Notes: generated by a model from the letters alone, not told the origin. DNA of 64,000 bases from a virus (IMGVR_UViG_2706796244_000001:1-64000), one strand, 5' to 3'. Positions 25,473 to 35,555 are shown, counted from the stretch's first letter. Program-made: numbers and translations.

Positions 25473-28127
25473 ATGCACCATCTGCTCTTCACCGAGCACA
25501 CCTACCCAGAGTACCCCATCTGCATCCTGGCCCACAGGTTGCAGCAGGGTCCGATGGAGGATGCCTACATCAAGCCCTTGGGGCTTGATCCGGCCAACGT
25601 CATGGCGCTCACCACCCATGTGAGTGAGACCAAGAAGAAGACCCCGGCTGCTGAAATGCAGGCCTGGATCGCGGAAGAGCTCATCCCCGTCTTGAAGGAA
25701 AACGGTGTCCAGTACATCCTGTGCACGGACGCCGCCTACTTCAAGGAGCTCACGAAGTCGCAGAACGCCCCGGCCATGCTGGGGTACGTGCTCGACTGCC
25801 ACTACGACGACGATATCAAGGTGGCCTTCGCCCCGGCGCAAACCACCAAGTTCACCGATCCGGTGAACGTGCAGGCCCGCATCGACCGTGCAGTGAATGC
25901 TCTGCTGCTCCATGCCCAGGGCCTGTACCGGCCACCTGGCGCCGATATCATCCACTACGCCGACTACCCGGACACCGACGAGGCAATCCAAGCCTGGCTG
26001 GACAAGCTCCTGGAGATGGACACCGATCTGTCCTCGGACATTGAGGCGTTCGATCTGCACCCTGTGCATGCCGGCATCGGGACGATCACCTTCTGCTGGA
26101 ACCAGCATGAGGGCATCGCCTTCGCGGTGGACTACGAAGAGATCCCTGGCGCAACCAAGGCACCGTTTGGCCGTCAGGTCAAAAACGAGAAGCGCCGGGC
26201 CATGCTGTTGGATTTCTTCCGCAAGCTCCGAGCCAAGGGGAAGAGGCTGCTCTTCCACAACATCTCGTTCGATGCCACGGTGCTGATTTATCAGCTGTTC
26301 ATGAAGGACATTCTGGACACCACCGGGCTGCTCGACGGCATGGCCACGCTGCTTGCCAGCTGGCACTGCACGATGCTCATCACGTACCTGGCCACCAACA
26401 CCTGCGCCGGGAACAAGCTGGGCCTCAAGGACCAGGCTCAGGAGTACAGCGGCAACTGGGCGGTGGATGAGATCAAGGACATTACTCGGATCCGGCTGCC
26501 GGACCTGCTCCAGTACAACCTGGTGGACGGCATCTCCGCCTGGTACGTGTTCGACAAGAACTACCCCAAGATGGTGGCCGACGAGCAGGAAGAGGTCTAC
26601 ACCGGCCTGTTCCGCAAGGCTACCATCGACATCATCCAGATGCAGCTGACCGGCATGCCGATCAACATGCGCACCCTGCGAAAGAACAAGGCCAAGCTCG
26701 TGGCCCTGGAGCAGGACAGCCTCAACAGGCTGTGCAACTCGGAGATCGCCCAGGAATTCAACTACTGGCTCACCGAGAAGCATGTGGAGAAGCGCAATGC
26801 TGCGCTGAAGAACAAGCGCATCACGATGGCCGACGAGCCCCAGTTCTTCAACCCCAACTCGGGACCGCAGCTCCAGCAGCTGCTGTTCACCCAGCTGGGG
26901 CTGCCGGTGATCAACACCACGAAGACTGGCCAACCCAGCACCGATGCTGACACCATCGAGCTGCTGGAGAAGCACCCCCTGGTGACAGGCAATCCGAAGG
27001 TCAAGGCGTTCATCGACGCCCTTCAGGATTACGCCAGCGTCAACAAGATGGTGACTTCGGTGATCCCTGCTCTGGAGAAGGCTGTGCCAGGCCCGGATGG
27101 CTGGCACTACCTGCTGGGCAATCTGCGGCTGGGCGGCACCAAGTCCGGTCGGCTGTCGAGCCAGAAGCCGAACCTGCAAAACCTGCCGGCATCCAGCATC
27201 TATGCCAAGCTCATCAAGGAGATCTTCGAGGCCCCGCCTGGATGGATCTTCTGCGGCCTGGACTTCGCATCGCTGGAAGACCGCATCAGTGCCTTGACCA
27301 CCAAGGATCCCGAGAAGCTGAAGGTGTATACCGACGGCTACGACGGCCACTGTCTGCGGGCCTATGCCTACTTCGGCGACCAGATGCCGGATATCGTGCC
27401 CACTTCGGTGAGTTCGATCAACAGCATCGCCAAGGCCTACAAGAGCCTGCGCCAGGACTCGAAGGCACCGACCTTCGCACTGACCTACCAAGGAACGTGG
27501 TCCACGCTGGTGAAGAACTGCGGCTTCACGCCGGAGGTGGCCAAGGCCATCGAGATGCGCTACCGCAAGCTCTATGCCGTGTCCATCGCATGGGTGAACG
27601 CTCGCCTGGACGAAGCTGCCAAGACCGGCTACGTGATCACTGCCTTCGGGCTGCGGTTACGCACACCGATCCTCGCGCAGGTAGCCCGGGGCGGAAAGTA
27701 CACACCGAAGGAAGCCGAGGCAGAAGGCCGCAGTGCAGGCAATGCGCTGGGCCAGGGATGGTGTCTGCTGAACAACCGGGCATGCTCGGAGTTCATGGAC
27801 AAGGTGCGGGAGTCCCAGTACCGCCTGGATATCCGCCCCTGCAACCACATCCACGATGCGCAGTATTACCTCATCCGTGAGGACATGGACGTGCTGCATT
27901 TCGTGAACAAGCACCTGGTGGAAGCCGTAAACTGGAACGACCACCCGGATATCTATCACCCCGAAGTTGGTCTTGGGGGTGAGGTCTCGTTGTTCTTCCC
28001 CACATGGGCGAATGAGATCGAGATCCCCAATGGCGCCACCACCGAGCAGGTGGAGGAAGCCATCCGCGTCTCCATGGAGGCGATTGAAAAAGCCAAGGCG
28101 AAAGCGGCAGAAGCCGTTCCAGTCTGA
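25473..28127 (+). CDS. Family A DNA polymerase with 3'-5' exonuclease (N4 gp39-like)
   Basis: Exo DIE, HNISFD, YNLVD; pol DFASLEDRI, KAPTFALTYQG, HIHDA. Confidence 0.95.
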   Translation: MHHLLFTEHTYPEYPICILAHRLQQGPMEDAYIKPLGLDPANVMALTTHVSETKKKTPAAEMQAWIAEELIPVLKENGVQYILCTDAAYFKELTKSQNAPAMLGYVLDCHYDDDIKVAFAPAQTTKFTDPVNVQARIDRAVNALLLHAQGLYRPPGADIIHYADYPDTDEAIQAWLDKLLEMDTDLSSDIEAFDLHPVHAGIGTITFCWNQHEGIAFAVDYEEIPGATKAPFGRQVKNEKRRAMLLDFFRKLRAKGKRLLFHNISFDATVLIYQLFMKDILDTTGLLDGMATLLASWHCTMLITYLATNTCAGNKLGLKDQAQEYSGNWAVDEIKDITRIRLPDLLQYNLVDGISAWYVFDKNYPKMVADEQEEVYTGLFRKATIDIIQMQLTGMPINMRTLRKNKAKLVALEQDSLNRLCNSEIAQEFNYWLTEKHVEKRNAALKNKRITMADEPQFFNPNSGPQLQQLLFTQLGLPVINTTKTGQPSTDADTIELLEKHPLVTGNPKVKAFIDALQDYASVNKMVTSVIPALEKAVPGPDGWHYLLGNLRLGGTKSGRLSSQKPNLQNLPASSIYAKLIKEIFEAPPGWIFCGLDFASLEDRISALTTKDPEKLKVYTDGYDGHCLRAYAYFGDQMPDIVPTSVSSINSIAKAYKSLRQDSKAPTFALTYQGTWSTLVKNCGFTPEVAKAIEMRYRKLYAVSIAWVNARLDEAAKTGYVITAFGLRLRTPILAQVARGGKYTPKEAEAEGRSAGNALGQGWCLLNNRACSEFMDKVRESQYRLDIRPCNHIHDAQYYLIREDMDVLHFVNKHLVEAVNWNDHPDIYHPEVGLGGEVSLFFPTWANEIEIPNGATTEQVEEAIRVSMEAIEKAKAKAAEAVPV

Positions 28128-28132
28128 ACTTC

Positions 28133-28159
28133 GGGGGCAAAGGCATGCCCCCCATTTCT
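28133..28159 (+). terminator. Possible weak terminator after the polymerase
   Basis: GGGGGCA-AAGGCA-TGCCCCC-CATTTCT. Confidence 0.4.
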
Positions 28160-28178
28160 GAACCAAGAGGAAAACCCA

Positions 28179-28562
28179 ATGAGCGAAGCTACCCGCAACG
28201 AAGTCGTGTCCGCCGAAAAGCCCGCAGCTGTGCCCTTCCACCATCACCTGGCCGCCGTGCAGGTCATGTTCCATGCCAAGGGCTCGGCCATGCCCAGCGC
28301 CATGCCGGTCAACGTGGTGTTCACCACCACGGACGGCGTGATCAATGGCCGTGACCTGCAAGAAATCGGCATCATGGGCCAGAAGGAATTCTTCCGCGGC
28401 ATCCCCCAGACCGAGCAGGCCCAGTACGAGGTCTTCCGCACTGCCATCCTGGACATTTCCTACCTGGGCCTCCAGAGCATGGAAAACTTCGCTGGCGTGA
28501 CCGTGGGCGAAGCCGCTGAAGCACCGGCCGCTGCCAACGACGGCGTGGGCACCGAGGCCTGA
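28179..28562 (+). CDS. Hypothetical protein (127 aa)
   Basis: SD GAGGA; N4-like position after the polymerase. Confidence 0.75.
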   Translation: MSEATRNEVVSAEKPAAVPFHHHLAAVQVMFHAKGSAMPSAMPVNVVFTTTDGVINGRDLQEIGIMGQKEFFRGIPQTEQAQYEVFRTAILDISYLGLQSMENFAGVTVGEAAEAPAAANDGVGTEA

Positions 28563-28564
28563 TC

Positions 28565-29425
28565 ATGGGCAGCAAGCACGCTCACTACTTCAAGGACGTT
28601 GCCGACCTTGATGAACTCGACGTGTACATGGTGTGCGAGCTGTTCGGAGTCCAGGACTCCAGCGGCGCCACCCAGCATGCGCTCAAGAAGCTGCTGCTGC
28701 CCGGTCAGCGTGGCGCTGGCAAGGGCCTGATCCAGGATCTGAAGGAAGCCAGCGACAGCATCATCCGTCGCATCGCCATCCTGGAATTCCTGGAGAAGCG
28801 CGAGGGCGCTGTGCTGTCCCAACTGGACCAGGCCGCCTATGAGGAAATGCATGCCGCTGTCGTGGCCGCACCTCTGCCGGTAGAGCCTGCTGGAGATACC
28901 GAGATCCCGGTGTTCCAGCGCGTGATGCGTAGCCGTTCGTCTGGCCAGTGCAGCCCTGAACCTCTGCAGTACGAGGGCCACGGCTACCTGTACTTCCCGC
29001 TGTATTCGCAGGAAGACCAGCAGCTGCACACTGACCAGGGCCGCATGACCGTTCCCAAGCACTGGAAGACTGGTCAGAAGACCTTCGCCGGCATGCACCA
29101 CGAAGCCATCGTGGTTGCCTACCCCAAGGGTAGCGGCGATCCTGTGCGCGGCATGGCCACCGAGATCGAGTGGGACAAGATGGGCGAGTACCGTCTGGCC
29201 ACGCTGGATGAAGGTGGCTGGTGGCGCTGGGATCCCAGGCATGACAGCAAGATGCCGAGCCAGCTGGCCAAGGATGATCTGGTGCTGGTGTCCTCGAATT
29301 CCGGCGACATTGATCGCCGTGCTCGCACGGCTGACAGCTGGACCTGGTACTGCGGTGTCACCGACAGCGCCCTGACCGTCATCAACCGCTGGCGCTACGC
29401 CAACCCCGGCCCGATTCTGGGCTAA
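28565..29425 (+). CDS. DUF3310-like N-terminal domain fused to Trp-rich modules (286 aa)
   Basis: HYFKDV..LDVY..C.LFGV....QHALKKLL..GQRGAGK..DLKEA pattern. Confidence 0.55.
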   Translation: MGSKHAHYFKDVADLDELDVYMVCELFGVQDSSGATQHALKKLLLPGQRGAGKGLIQDLKEASDSIIRRIAILEFLEKREGAVLSQLDQAAYEEMHAAVVAAPLPVEPAGDTEIPVFQRVMRSRSSGQCSPEPLQYEGHGYLYFPLYSQEDQQLHTDQGRMTVPKHWKTGQKTFAGMHHEAIVVAYPKGSGDPVRGMATEIEWDKMGEYRLATLDEGGWWRWDPRHDSKMPSQLAKDDLVLVSSNSGDIDRRARTADSWTWYCGVTDSALTVINRWRYANPGPILG

Positions 29426-29430
29426 ACCCA

Positions 29431-29467
29431 GAAGCGTCCCTACAGAAATGTGGGGGCGCTTCTTTTT
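29431..29467 (+). terminator. Intrinsic terminator (GAAA loop)
   Basis: GAAGCGTCCCTACA-GAAA-TGTGGGGGCGCTTC-TTTTT. Confidence 0.8.
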
Positions 29468-29483
29468 ACTTGGAGGCCTCACG

Positions 29484-30431
29484 ATGGCACGACTGACAAA
29501 CTCCCACGGTATTCCTCTGGCTCTGGCCCTGTGGGCCGTGGATGATGACTACGACTACAACGACGACCCCAGCTACATCAGCGCCACCTCGCTGCTGAAG
29601 CCGCTGCGCGAGATCACGCTGCGCCCCCGGGTTCCGTTCGAGCTCAAGAAGGTGGAGGACGTGGCCGACTACCTGGCCCGAGCCATGGGCAACTCCATCC
29701 ACGCCGGTGTGGAGATGGCCTGGACTCACCGCTACGTCAGGAACCTGCGCAAGCTAGGCTACGACGAAGACACCATCGCCATGGTGCAAATCAATCCGCC
29801 GAAGCCTATCCCCGGCACCATCCCGGTCTACATCGAGCAGCGCAATGTGCGCGAACTGGGCAAGTGGAAGATCGGTGGCAAGTTCGACCTCTGCATTGAA
29901 GGCGTGCTGCACGACACCAAGACCGCCAGCACCTTCAAGTACCGCAAGGGCGACACGAAGGACTACATGCTCCAGGGCTCCATCTACCGATGGCTGCACC
30001 GCGACAAGATCACCTCCGATGTGATCCGCATCTGCTTCGTATTCACGGACTGGCAGGCCTTCCGCGCCAAGCAGGATCCCGACTACCCGCAGACCAAGGT
30101 GCTCAGCATCGACGTGCCGCTCATGAGCATCGAAGAAACCGAGACCTGGATTCTCCAGCGGCTCAGCCTCATTGAGCAATTTTCTGGGGTGCCTGAACGG
30201 CAGCTGCCGGCCTGCACACCCGAAGAGCTCTGGGTGGAGCCCACCCAGTACAAGTATTATTCCGACCCCATGAAAACGGAACGAGCGACCAAGGACTTCA
30301 AGACCGACAAGGCAGGCGCCTACGCCTACCTGGCCTCGAAGGGCAAGGGAATCGTGAAGGAAATCGTGGGAACCCCGAAGCGCTGCGGCTATTGCAGTGC
30401 CTTCCCAATCTGCACCCAAAGGACCACATAA
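29484..30431 (+). CDS. PD-(D/E)XK (Cas4/AddB-like) exonuclease (N4 gp42-like)
   Basis: ISATSL, GNSIH, IEQR, GKFDL, HDTK, C-terminal RCGYC..C. Confidence 0.8.
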   Translation: MARLTNSHGIPLALALWAVDDDYDYNDDPSYISATSLLKPLREITLRPRVPFELKKVEDVADYLARAMGNSIHAGVEMAWTHRYVRNLRKLGYDEDTIAMVQINPPKPIPGTIPVYIEQRNVRELGKWKIGGKFDLCIEGVLHDTKTASTFKYRKGDTKDYMLQGSIYRWLHRDKITSDVIRICFVFTDWQAFRAKQDPDYPQTKVLSIDVPLMSIEETETWILQRLSLIEQFSGVPERQLPACTPEELWVEPTQYKYYSDPMKTERATKDFKTDKAGAYAYLASKGKGIVKEIVGTPKRCGYCSAFPICTQRTT

Positions 30432-32606
30432 ATGATCGACCTTACCGGAGTCGAGCACCATCCCATCCTCGAAGAGATCGTGGGCGTGATGTGCAAGAAG
30501 ACTCAGAACACCGACCGGAAATTCTTCCGTGCGGCCACCGCCTACTTCTTCGGGAAGATGGCGGCCAACCAGCGTGCTGTGATCTACACCAAAGACCGCG
30601 GCAACATACCAGTGAACATCTACTCGATGGCGCTGGCTGAGTCCGGCTTCGGCAAGGGTCACAGCGTCGGCATCTTCGAGAACGAGTTCCTGGCAGGCTT
30701 CAAGAAGCGATTCTTGGAAGACACCATGCCGGTGATCGCGGACAAGAATCTGATCGCCATTGCCACCGAGCGTGCCTTGCGCAACAACTCGGACCAGGCC
30801 GAGGAATACGAGACGGTCAAGAAGGAATACAACCTGGCCGGCGCATACGCATTCACCTTCGACTCGGGCACCTCGCCTGCGGTCAAACAGATGCGGCGCA
30901 AGCTCATCCTGGCCAATTGCGGATCCATCAATCTCCAGATCGATGAGATCGGCTCCAACCTGGTCGGCGAAGAGGAAATCATCACCCTTTTCCTGGAGCT
31001 CTATGACCAGGGCCTGGTGAAGCAGAAGCTGACGAAGAGCACCTCGGAGAATACCCGGGGTGAGGAAATCGATGGCAAGACGCCCACCAACATGCTGCTG
31101 TTCGGCACGCCCTCCAAGCTGCTGGACGGTGGCCTGGTCGAGAGTCAGTTCTACACCCTGCTGGAGACCGGCTACGCACGCCGCTGTTTCTTCGCTCTGG
31201 GTCAGCAGGACCGCAAGGCCTTCCACGAGCAGACGGCTGAAGAGATCTTCAGGGCCCTGATCGAACCCGAGAACCAGGAGAGCGTGGACAAGTGGGCCGA
31301 CCACTTCCACAGCCTGGCCGATGCCACCAAGTACGGCTGGACCATGACGATGGCAGACGAGGTGGCCATCAAGCTGATCGAGTACAAGATCAACTGCGAA
31401 CGGGCTGCCGACAAGCTGGCGCTGCACGACTCCATCCGCAAGGCAGAGCTCGGCCACCGCTACTTCAAGGCCCTGAAGCTGGCCGGCGCATACGCTTTCG
31501 TGGACGAGTCCAACGAGATCGAAATGTCGCACCTGCTCCAGGCGATCAAGCTGGCCGAGGAATCAGGTGAATGCTTCCAGCAGATCCTGACACGCGAGAA
31601 GGCGTACCAGAAGCTGGCACGCTACATGGCCGAGAAGGACGAAGACCTGACCCACGCTGACCTGAAGGAAGCGCTGCCGTTCTACCCGGCATCCGCTGGA
31701 GCCAGAAGGGAAATGATGGACCTGGCCACCGCCTGGGGCTACAAGCAGCAGATCGTGATCAAGAAGAAGTACATCGACGGTATTGACTTCTATCGCGGCG
31801 AGAGCCTGAAGCCCACGGACCTGGATCAGCTGATCGTCAGCTACTCCAACCACTACGCCTACAACTACCTTAGCGAGCCGATGGCATGGGACAACGCCCA
31901 AATGCTGTTCCAGGCTGCCGGCGAGAACTGGGTGAACCACGCCCTGGTAGGTGGCGGGAATGGCAATGGCCATCGGGCGGAAGAGAACGTGGTGTCGGGC
32001 TTCAACCTGATCGCCATCGACGTGGACGGAGGCCCTGCGCCGGAGCTCGTGAGCGATCTGCTCAAGGAGTACCGGCACATGATCTACACGACCAAGAGCC
32101 ACGACCCGGCCAACAGTGAGAACCGCTACCGGCTGATCCTGCCGACCAACTACGTGCTGCACCTGGACACGGACGACTACAAGGAGTTCATGAACGGGAT
32201 CCTGGCATGGCTGCCATTCGAGACGGACGAGACTGCCAACCAGCGGGCCAAGAAATGGTCCTGCCACGCTGGCGGCGAGTTCATCAAGCATGACGACGGC
32301 CAGCTGTTCGACGTGGTGCCCTTCATCCCGAAGACCACGAAGAACGAGCAGTTCAAGAAGGCGAATGCCGAGCTCGGAAACCTGGGCAATCTGGAACGCT
32401 GGTTCGCTACTCGCATGGTCGAGGGCAGCCGCAACAACCACATGATCAAGTTCGCGCTGGCGCTGGTCGATGGCGGCCTGTCCTTGCAAGAGGTGCAGGC
32501 ACACGTCAACGACTTCAACTCCCGCATCCCGAATCCTCTGGATCAGGACGAGATCGACAAGACGGTCATGGTGACTGTGGCCAAGCGCTATACGCGCGTG
32601 GTTTAA
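30432..32606 (+). CDS. DNA primase (ATPase-like N-terminal region, AEP and PriCT-like domains; N4 gp43-like)
   Basis: AESGFGKG; IAIDVD, YTTKSH, RYRLILP; GSRNN..PLDQDEI. Confidence 0.85.
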   Translation: MIDLTGVEHHPILEEIVGVMCKKTQNTDRKFFRAATAYFFGKMAANQRAVIYTKDRGNIPVNIYSMALAESGFGKGHSVGIFENEFLAGFKKRFLEDTMPVIADKNLIAIATERALRNNSDQAEEYETVKKEYNLAGAYAFTFDSGTSPAVKQMRRKLILANCGSINLQIDEIGSNLVGEEEIITLFLELYDQGLVKQKLTKSTSENTRGEEIDGKTPTNMLLFGTPSKLLDGGLVESQFYTLLETGYARRCFFALGQQDRKAFHEQTAEEIFRALIEPENQESVDKWADHFHSLADATKYGWTMTMADEVAIKLIEYKINCERAADKLALHDSIRKAELGHRYFKALKLAGAYAFVDESNEIEMSHLLQAIKLAEESGECFQQILTREKAYQKLARYMAEKDEDLTHADLKEALPFYPASAGARREMMDLATAWGYKQQIVIKKKYIDGIDFYRGESLKPTDLDQLIVSYSNHYAYNYLSEPMAWDNAQMLFQAAGENWVNHALVGGGNGNGHRAEENVVSGFNLIAIDVDGGPAPELVSDLLKEYRHMIYTTKSHDPANSENRYRLILPTNYVLHLDTDDYKEFMNGILAWLPFETDETANQRAKKWSCHAGGEFIKHDDGQLFDVVPFIPKTTKNEQFKKANAELGNLGNLERWFATRMVEGSRNNHMIKFALALVDGGLSLQEVQAHVNDFNSRIPNPLDQDEIDKTVMVTVAKRYTRVV

Positions 32607-32615
32607 CCCCGGCCT

Positions 32616-32649
32616 GGGCCTGGAGCCTTTGTTTGGTTTCAGGCCCTTT
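32616..32649 (+). other. Hairpin (12-bp stem) between primase and ATPase genes
   Basis: GGGCCTGGAGCC-TTTGTTT-GGTTTCAGGCCC-TTT. Confidence 0.5.
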
Positions 32650-32672
32650 GGCCTGCTTTGAGGAAGGAAAAA

Positions 32673-33422
32673 ATGGAAGCTGACCAATTCGATCCCGATG
32701 AGCTCAACCAGCTGGTGCTCATCTCGGGCAAATCTACAGCTGGCAAGTCGATGAGCTTGCGCAACCTGCGCGATCAAGAGCGCTGGTACAACTTCATCAC
32801 CGAGGCCGGCAAGCGTCCGCCGTTCCGCAACAAGTTCAACAACGTCCGTGTGAAGGATCCCTATGAGGTGATCGATTACATGGACGAGCTGATTGCGAAC
32901 CAGGCGGATGTGTCCGGGGCCATCCTGGACACGATGACCTTCTGGATGGACATGATGGAAATCATGTACGTCATGGGATCGACCAACACGCAGCAGGCGT
33001 GGGGCGAGTACGCGATGCTGCCCAAGACGCTGCTGCAAACGAAGGTGGCCGCATTCGGCAAGCCTTTCCTCTGCCTGGCTCACGTCAAGGACACCATCGA
33101 CAAGGACATGAACCGTGTCACCGCCGTGCCCATCAAGGGTTCCATGGCGAACAACGGTGTGGAGGCCTACTTCTCCACCGTGGTGATGGCCAAGCTCATG
33201 ACCATCAAGGATCTGGAAAAGTACAAGGACAACGGCCTGCTCACCTTCAGCGAAGATGAGCTGGAGCTGGGTGTCAAGCACGTCTTCCAGACCCGGCAGA
33301 CGCCGGAAACCCTGGGCGAGCGCATCCGCTCTCCCTACCAGATGTTCAGCCGCGATCAGACCTACATGGACAACGATGCGCAGCTGCTGCTGGACCACAT
33401 GCACGAGTTCTACAACGGCTGA
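32673..33422 (+). CDS. Sak4-like/AAA_24 P-loop ATPase (N4 gp44-like)
   Basis: LISGKSTAGKS, ILDTMT, LAH, RIRSP. Confidence 0.8.
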   Translation: MEADQFDPDELNQLVLISGKSTAGKSMSLRNLRDQERWYNFITEAGKRPPFRNKFNNVRVKDPYEVIDYMDELIANQADVSGAILDTMTFWMDMMEIMYVMGSTNTQQAWGEYAMLPKTLLQTKVAAFGKPFLCLAHVKDTIDKDMNRVTAVPIKGSMANNGVEAYFSTVVMAKLMTIKDLEKYKDNGLLTFSEDELELGVKHVFQTRQTPETLGERIRSPYQMFSRDQTYMDNDAQLLLDHMHEFYNG

Positions 33423-33475
33423 CCGTTGTGACCCCGTGAGATCTTTTTCCCCTTTCACCTTTTAAGGAACATGCC

Positions 33476-34237
33476 ATGAGCAACAATCCCTTCGCAAAAT
33501 TCTCGAACGACGGCCTGGAAAAGGCCAAGGACACCCTGGGCGGTGGCGGCTTCATCAAGGACAGCGACCTGTACAAGGGCGCCATCCGTGAGTTCTACGC
33601 CACCCAGTCCGAGTCGGGCTCGATGTTCGCCCACTTCACCATCGAAATGGCCGATGGCAGCAAGTACAGCGACCGCGTGTGTGTGGCCGGCAAGAGCGGT
33701 GACAACTTCTACCTGAACAAGCAGGACAACACCAAGAAGGTGCCGCTGCCCGGCTACCTGATCGCCGAGCACATGGCGCAGATCGCCGTGGGCAAGTCGC
33801 TGAACGAGCTGGACTTCCAGACCAAGACCATCACGCAGCGCAACTTCGACACCAAGAAGGACGAGCACGTCGATGTGCAGATGGCCGTCGAAATGCTGGG
33901 CAAGGTCGTGGAACTGGGCGTGCTGAAGGTCCGCACCAACAAGAAGGGCCCGGCGCCGGACTACGCCCTGACGAACGAAGAAAAGTTCGAGAACGAAACC
34001 GACAAGGTGTTCCACCCCGAATACGGCATCACCGTGGTCGAGGCCGAGAACGAGATCTCCGAACCGCTGTTCCGCAAGGGCTGGCTGGAACGCAACAAGG
34101 GCCAGATCCGCGACAAGTTCAAGGAAGTCAAGGGTGCCGGCGCAGCAGGCGCTCCGCAGCGTCCCACTCCCTCGGGCGGCGCAGCTGCCGGTGGTGCCCC
34201 GGCCCGCAAGTCGCTGTTCCCCAGCAAGTCGGCTTGA
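33476..34237 (+). CDS. ssb: Single-stranded DNA-binding protein (N4 gp45-like, late transcription activator)
   Basis: Synteny; acidic OB-like body, G/A/P-rich linker, C-terminal RKSLFPSKSA. Confidence 0.85.
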   Translation: MSNNPFAKFSNDGLEKAKDTLGGGGFIKDSDLYKGAIREFYATQSESGSMFAHFTIEMADGSKYSDRVCVAGKSGDNFYLNKQDNTKKVPLPGYLIAEHMAQIAVGKSLNELDFQTKTITQRNFDTKKDEHVDVQMAVEMLGKVVELGVLKVRTNKKGPAPDYALTNEEKFENETDKVFHPEYGITVVEAENEISEPLFRKGWLERNKGQIRDKFKEVKGAGAAGAPQRPTPSGGAAAGGAPARKSLFPSKSA

Positions 34238-34240
34238 TAG

Positions 34241-35359
34241 GTGGACGAGCGCTACGACATAGCGCTCCCCCTGCGCATCGACTACGGGAAGAAGAAGGTC
34301 AGTGAATTCATCCTGAACCTGAACCACTACAGGAACGCTCACCAGCGAGTCCTGGCTGCGGCGAAGGTGGCCTACACAGAGGCCATCCTTCCCCTGGTTC
34401 AGCATCTTCCCGTGTTCAGCACTGTCCGCCTGGTCTACACGCTGTACGTCAAAAACGCGCAGCTGTGTGACACGAGCAACCCATGCTCGATCATCGACAA
34501 GTTCTTCAGCGATGCGCTGGTGGACGCCAAGAAAATCGAGGACGACAACTACACCATCGTTGAAGGTGTTGATTACCGCTTCGGCGGCATTGACCGCGAG
34601 AACCCTCGCTGCGTTGTCTCCATCATCCCAACCGGACCCCTGAAAGAAGATCCCATGAAGATCGTGACCATTTTTGACGCGGACGACGTTCGCGCCGCAC
34701 TGCTGGCCTACGCAGGTAATGCCCTGCCGGAAGGCCACACCGCCCACCTGGATCTGCCCGACGACTTCGAGCTCCAGATGGAAATCCTGCCTGACGGCGT
34801 GGCGCCCACTGCCGGCCCCAACAAGGCGAACCCCCTGGGCCTGGCCGACAAGATCAAGACGGCTCGCAAGCCTCGTGGCCCCAACAAGGCCAAGGAAACG
34901 GCCCAGGACGCTCCGAAGCCCGATGCCGCTACCCAGACCTCGACTGGTCCTGGCGACGGAACCAGCACCCCGCTGAGCCCTTCCACGGGCCCGCAAGAAG
35001 GTGCCAAGGCCAACGAAGGTGGCAGCGAGTCCCAGGCTGACGGCCAGACCGGCGAACAGACCCCGCCGTGGGAAGGCGAAAAGCAGGAAGCTGCTGCTCC
35101 CGCTGCTCAGCCCCCGGCACCTGCACCCGAGCCGGAACCTGAGAAGGAAACCCCTGCTCAGGAACAGGCCCAGGCTGCTGCCGGCCAACGCAAGTCGCTG
35201 TTCGCCCCCAAGCCCCAGACGGCTGCTGATCCGGCTGACGACGTGCGTGACCCTCCTGGTGCAGCTGCGGCGACTGGCACTGCCCCAGCTGCGGCCAATG
35301 GTGAGGGCGCTCCCCGCAAGTCGCTGTTCTCCGGCCTCGGCAAAGTGAAGAACGACTGA
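34241..35359 (+). CDS. rusA: RusA-like Holliday junction resolvase domain fused to a long low-complexity tail (372 aa)
   Basis: DTSN..SIIDKFFSDALV..IEDDN in residues 1-130; in-frame internal ATG at 34655; A/P/E/Q-rich tail. Confidence 0.7.
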   Translation: MDERYDIALPLRIDYGKKKVSEFILNLNHYRNAHQRVLAAAKVAYTEAILPLVQHLPVFSTVRLVYTLYVKNAQLCDTSNPCSIIDKFFSDALVDAKKIEDDNYTIVEGVDYRFGGIDRENPRCVVSIIPTGPLKEDPMKIVTIFDADDVRAALLAYAGNALPEGHTAHLDLPDDFELQMEILPDGVAPTAGPNKANPLGLADKIKTARKPRGPNKAKETAQDAPKPDAATQTSTGPGDGTSTPLSPSTGPQEGAKANEGGSESQADGQTGEQTPPWEGEKQEAAAPAAQPPAPAPEPEPEKETPAQEQAQAAAGQRKSLFAPKPQTAADPADDVRDPPGAAAATGTAPAAANGEGAPRKSLFSGLGKVKND

Positions 35360-35544
35360 TGGATGGCGGGACGATCCTGATACTGATCGTCCTGGGCATT
35401 GCCGCGTGGATGCTCATCACGCAGGCCATCGTCGTGATCGCCCCCTACATTGCAGGGGGCGTCATCATCCTGGCGGTCGGGGGGTTCGTGTGGTTTGCCA
35501 GCCGAACCCAGCGCAATGAGCAAAACGAAGAAGGCCCCGAATAG
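35359..35544 (+). CDS. Small two-TM membrane protein (61 aa)
   Basis: Two hydrophobic stretches; TGATG coupling. Confidence 0.7.
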   Translation: MDGGTILILIVLGIAAWMLITQAIVVIAPYIAGGVIILAVGGFVWFASRTQRNEQNEEGPE

Positions 35545-35555
35545 GGGCCTTTTTT
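35532..35555 (+). terminator. Intrinsic terminator
   Basis: AGGCCCC-GAATA-GGGGCCT-TTTTT. Confidence 0.8.

Noticed and set aside
25473-28127. Intein, intron or HNH insertion in the polymerase or other core genes
   Set aside because: The ORFs are continuous, of expected size, and lack intein or homing-endonuclease motifs.
29484-30431. Cas4-like nuclease as evidence of a CRISPR system
   Set aside because: No repeat-spacer array or other cas genes are seen; this is the usual N4-type replication exonuclease position.
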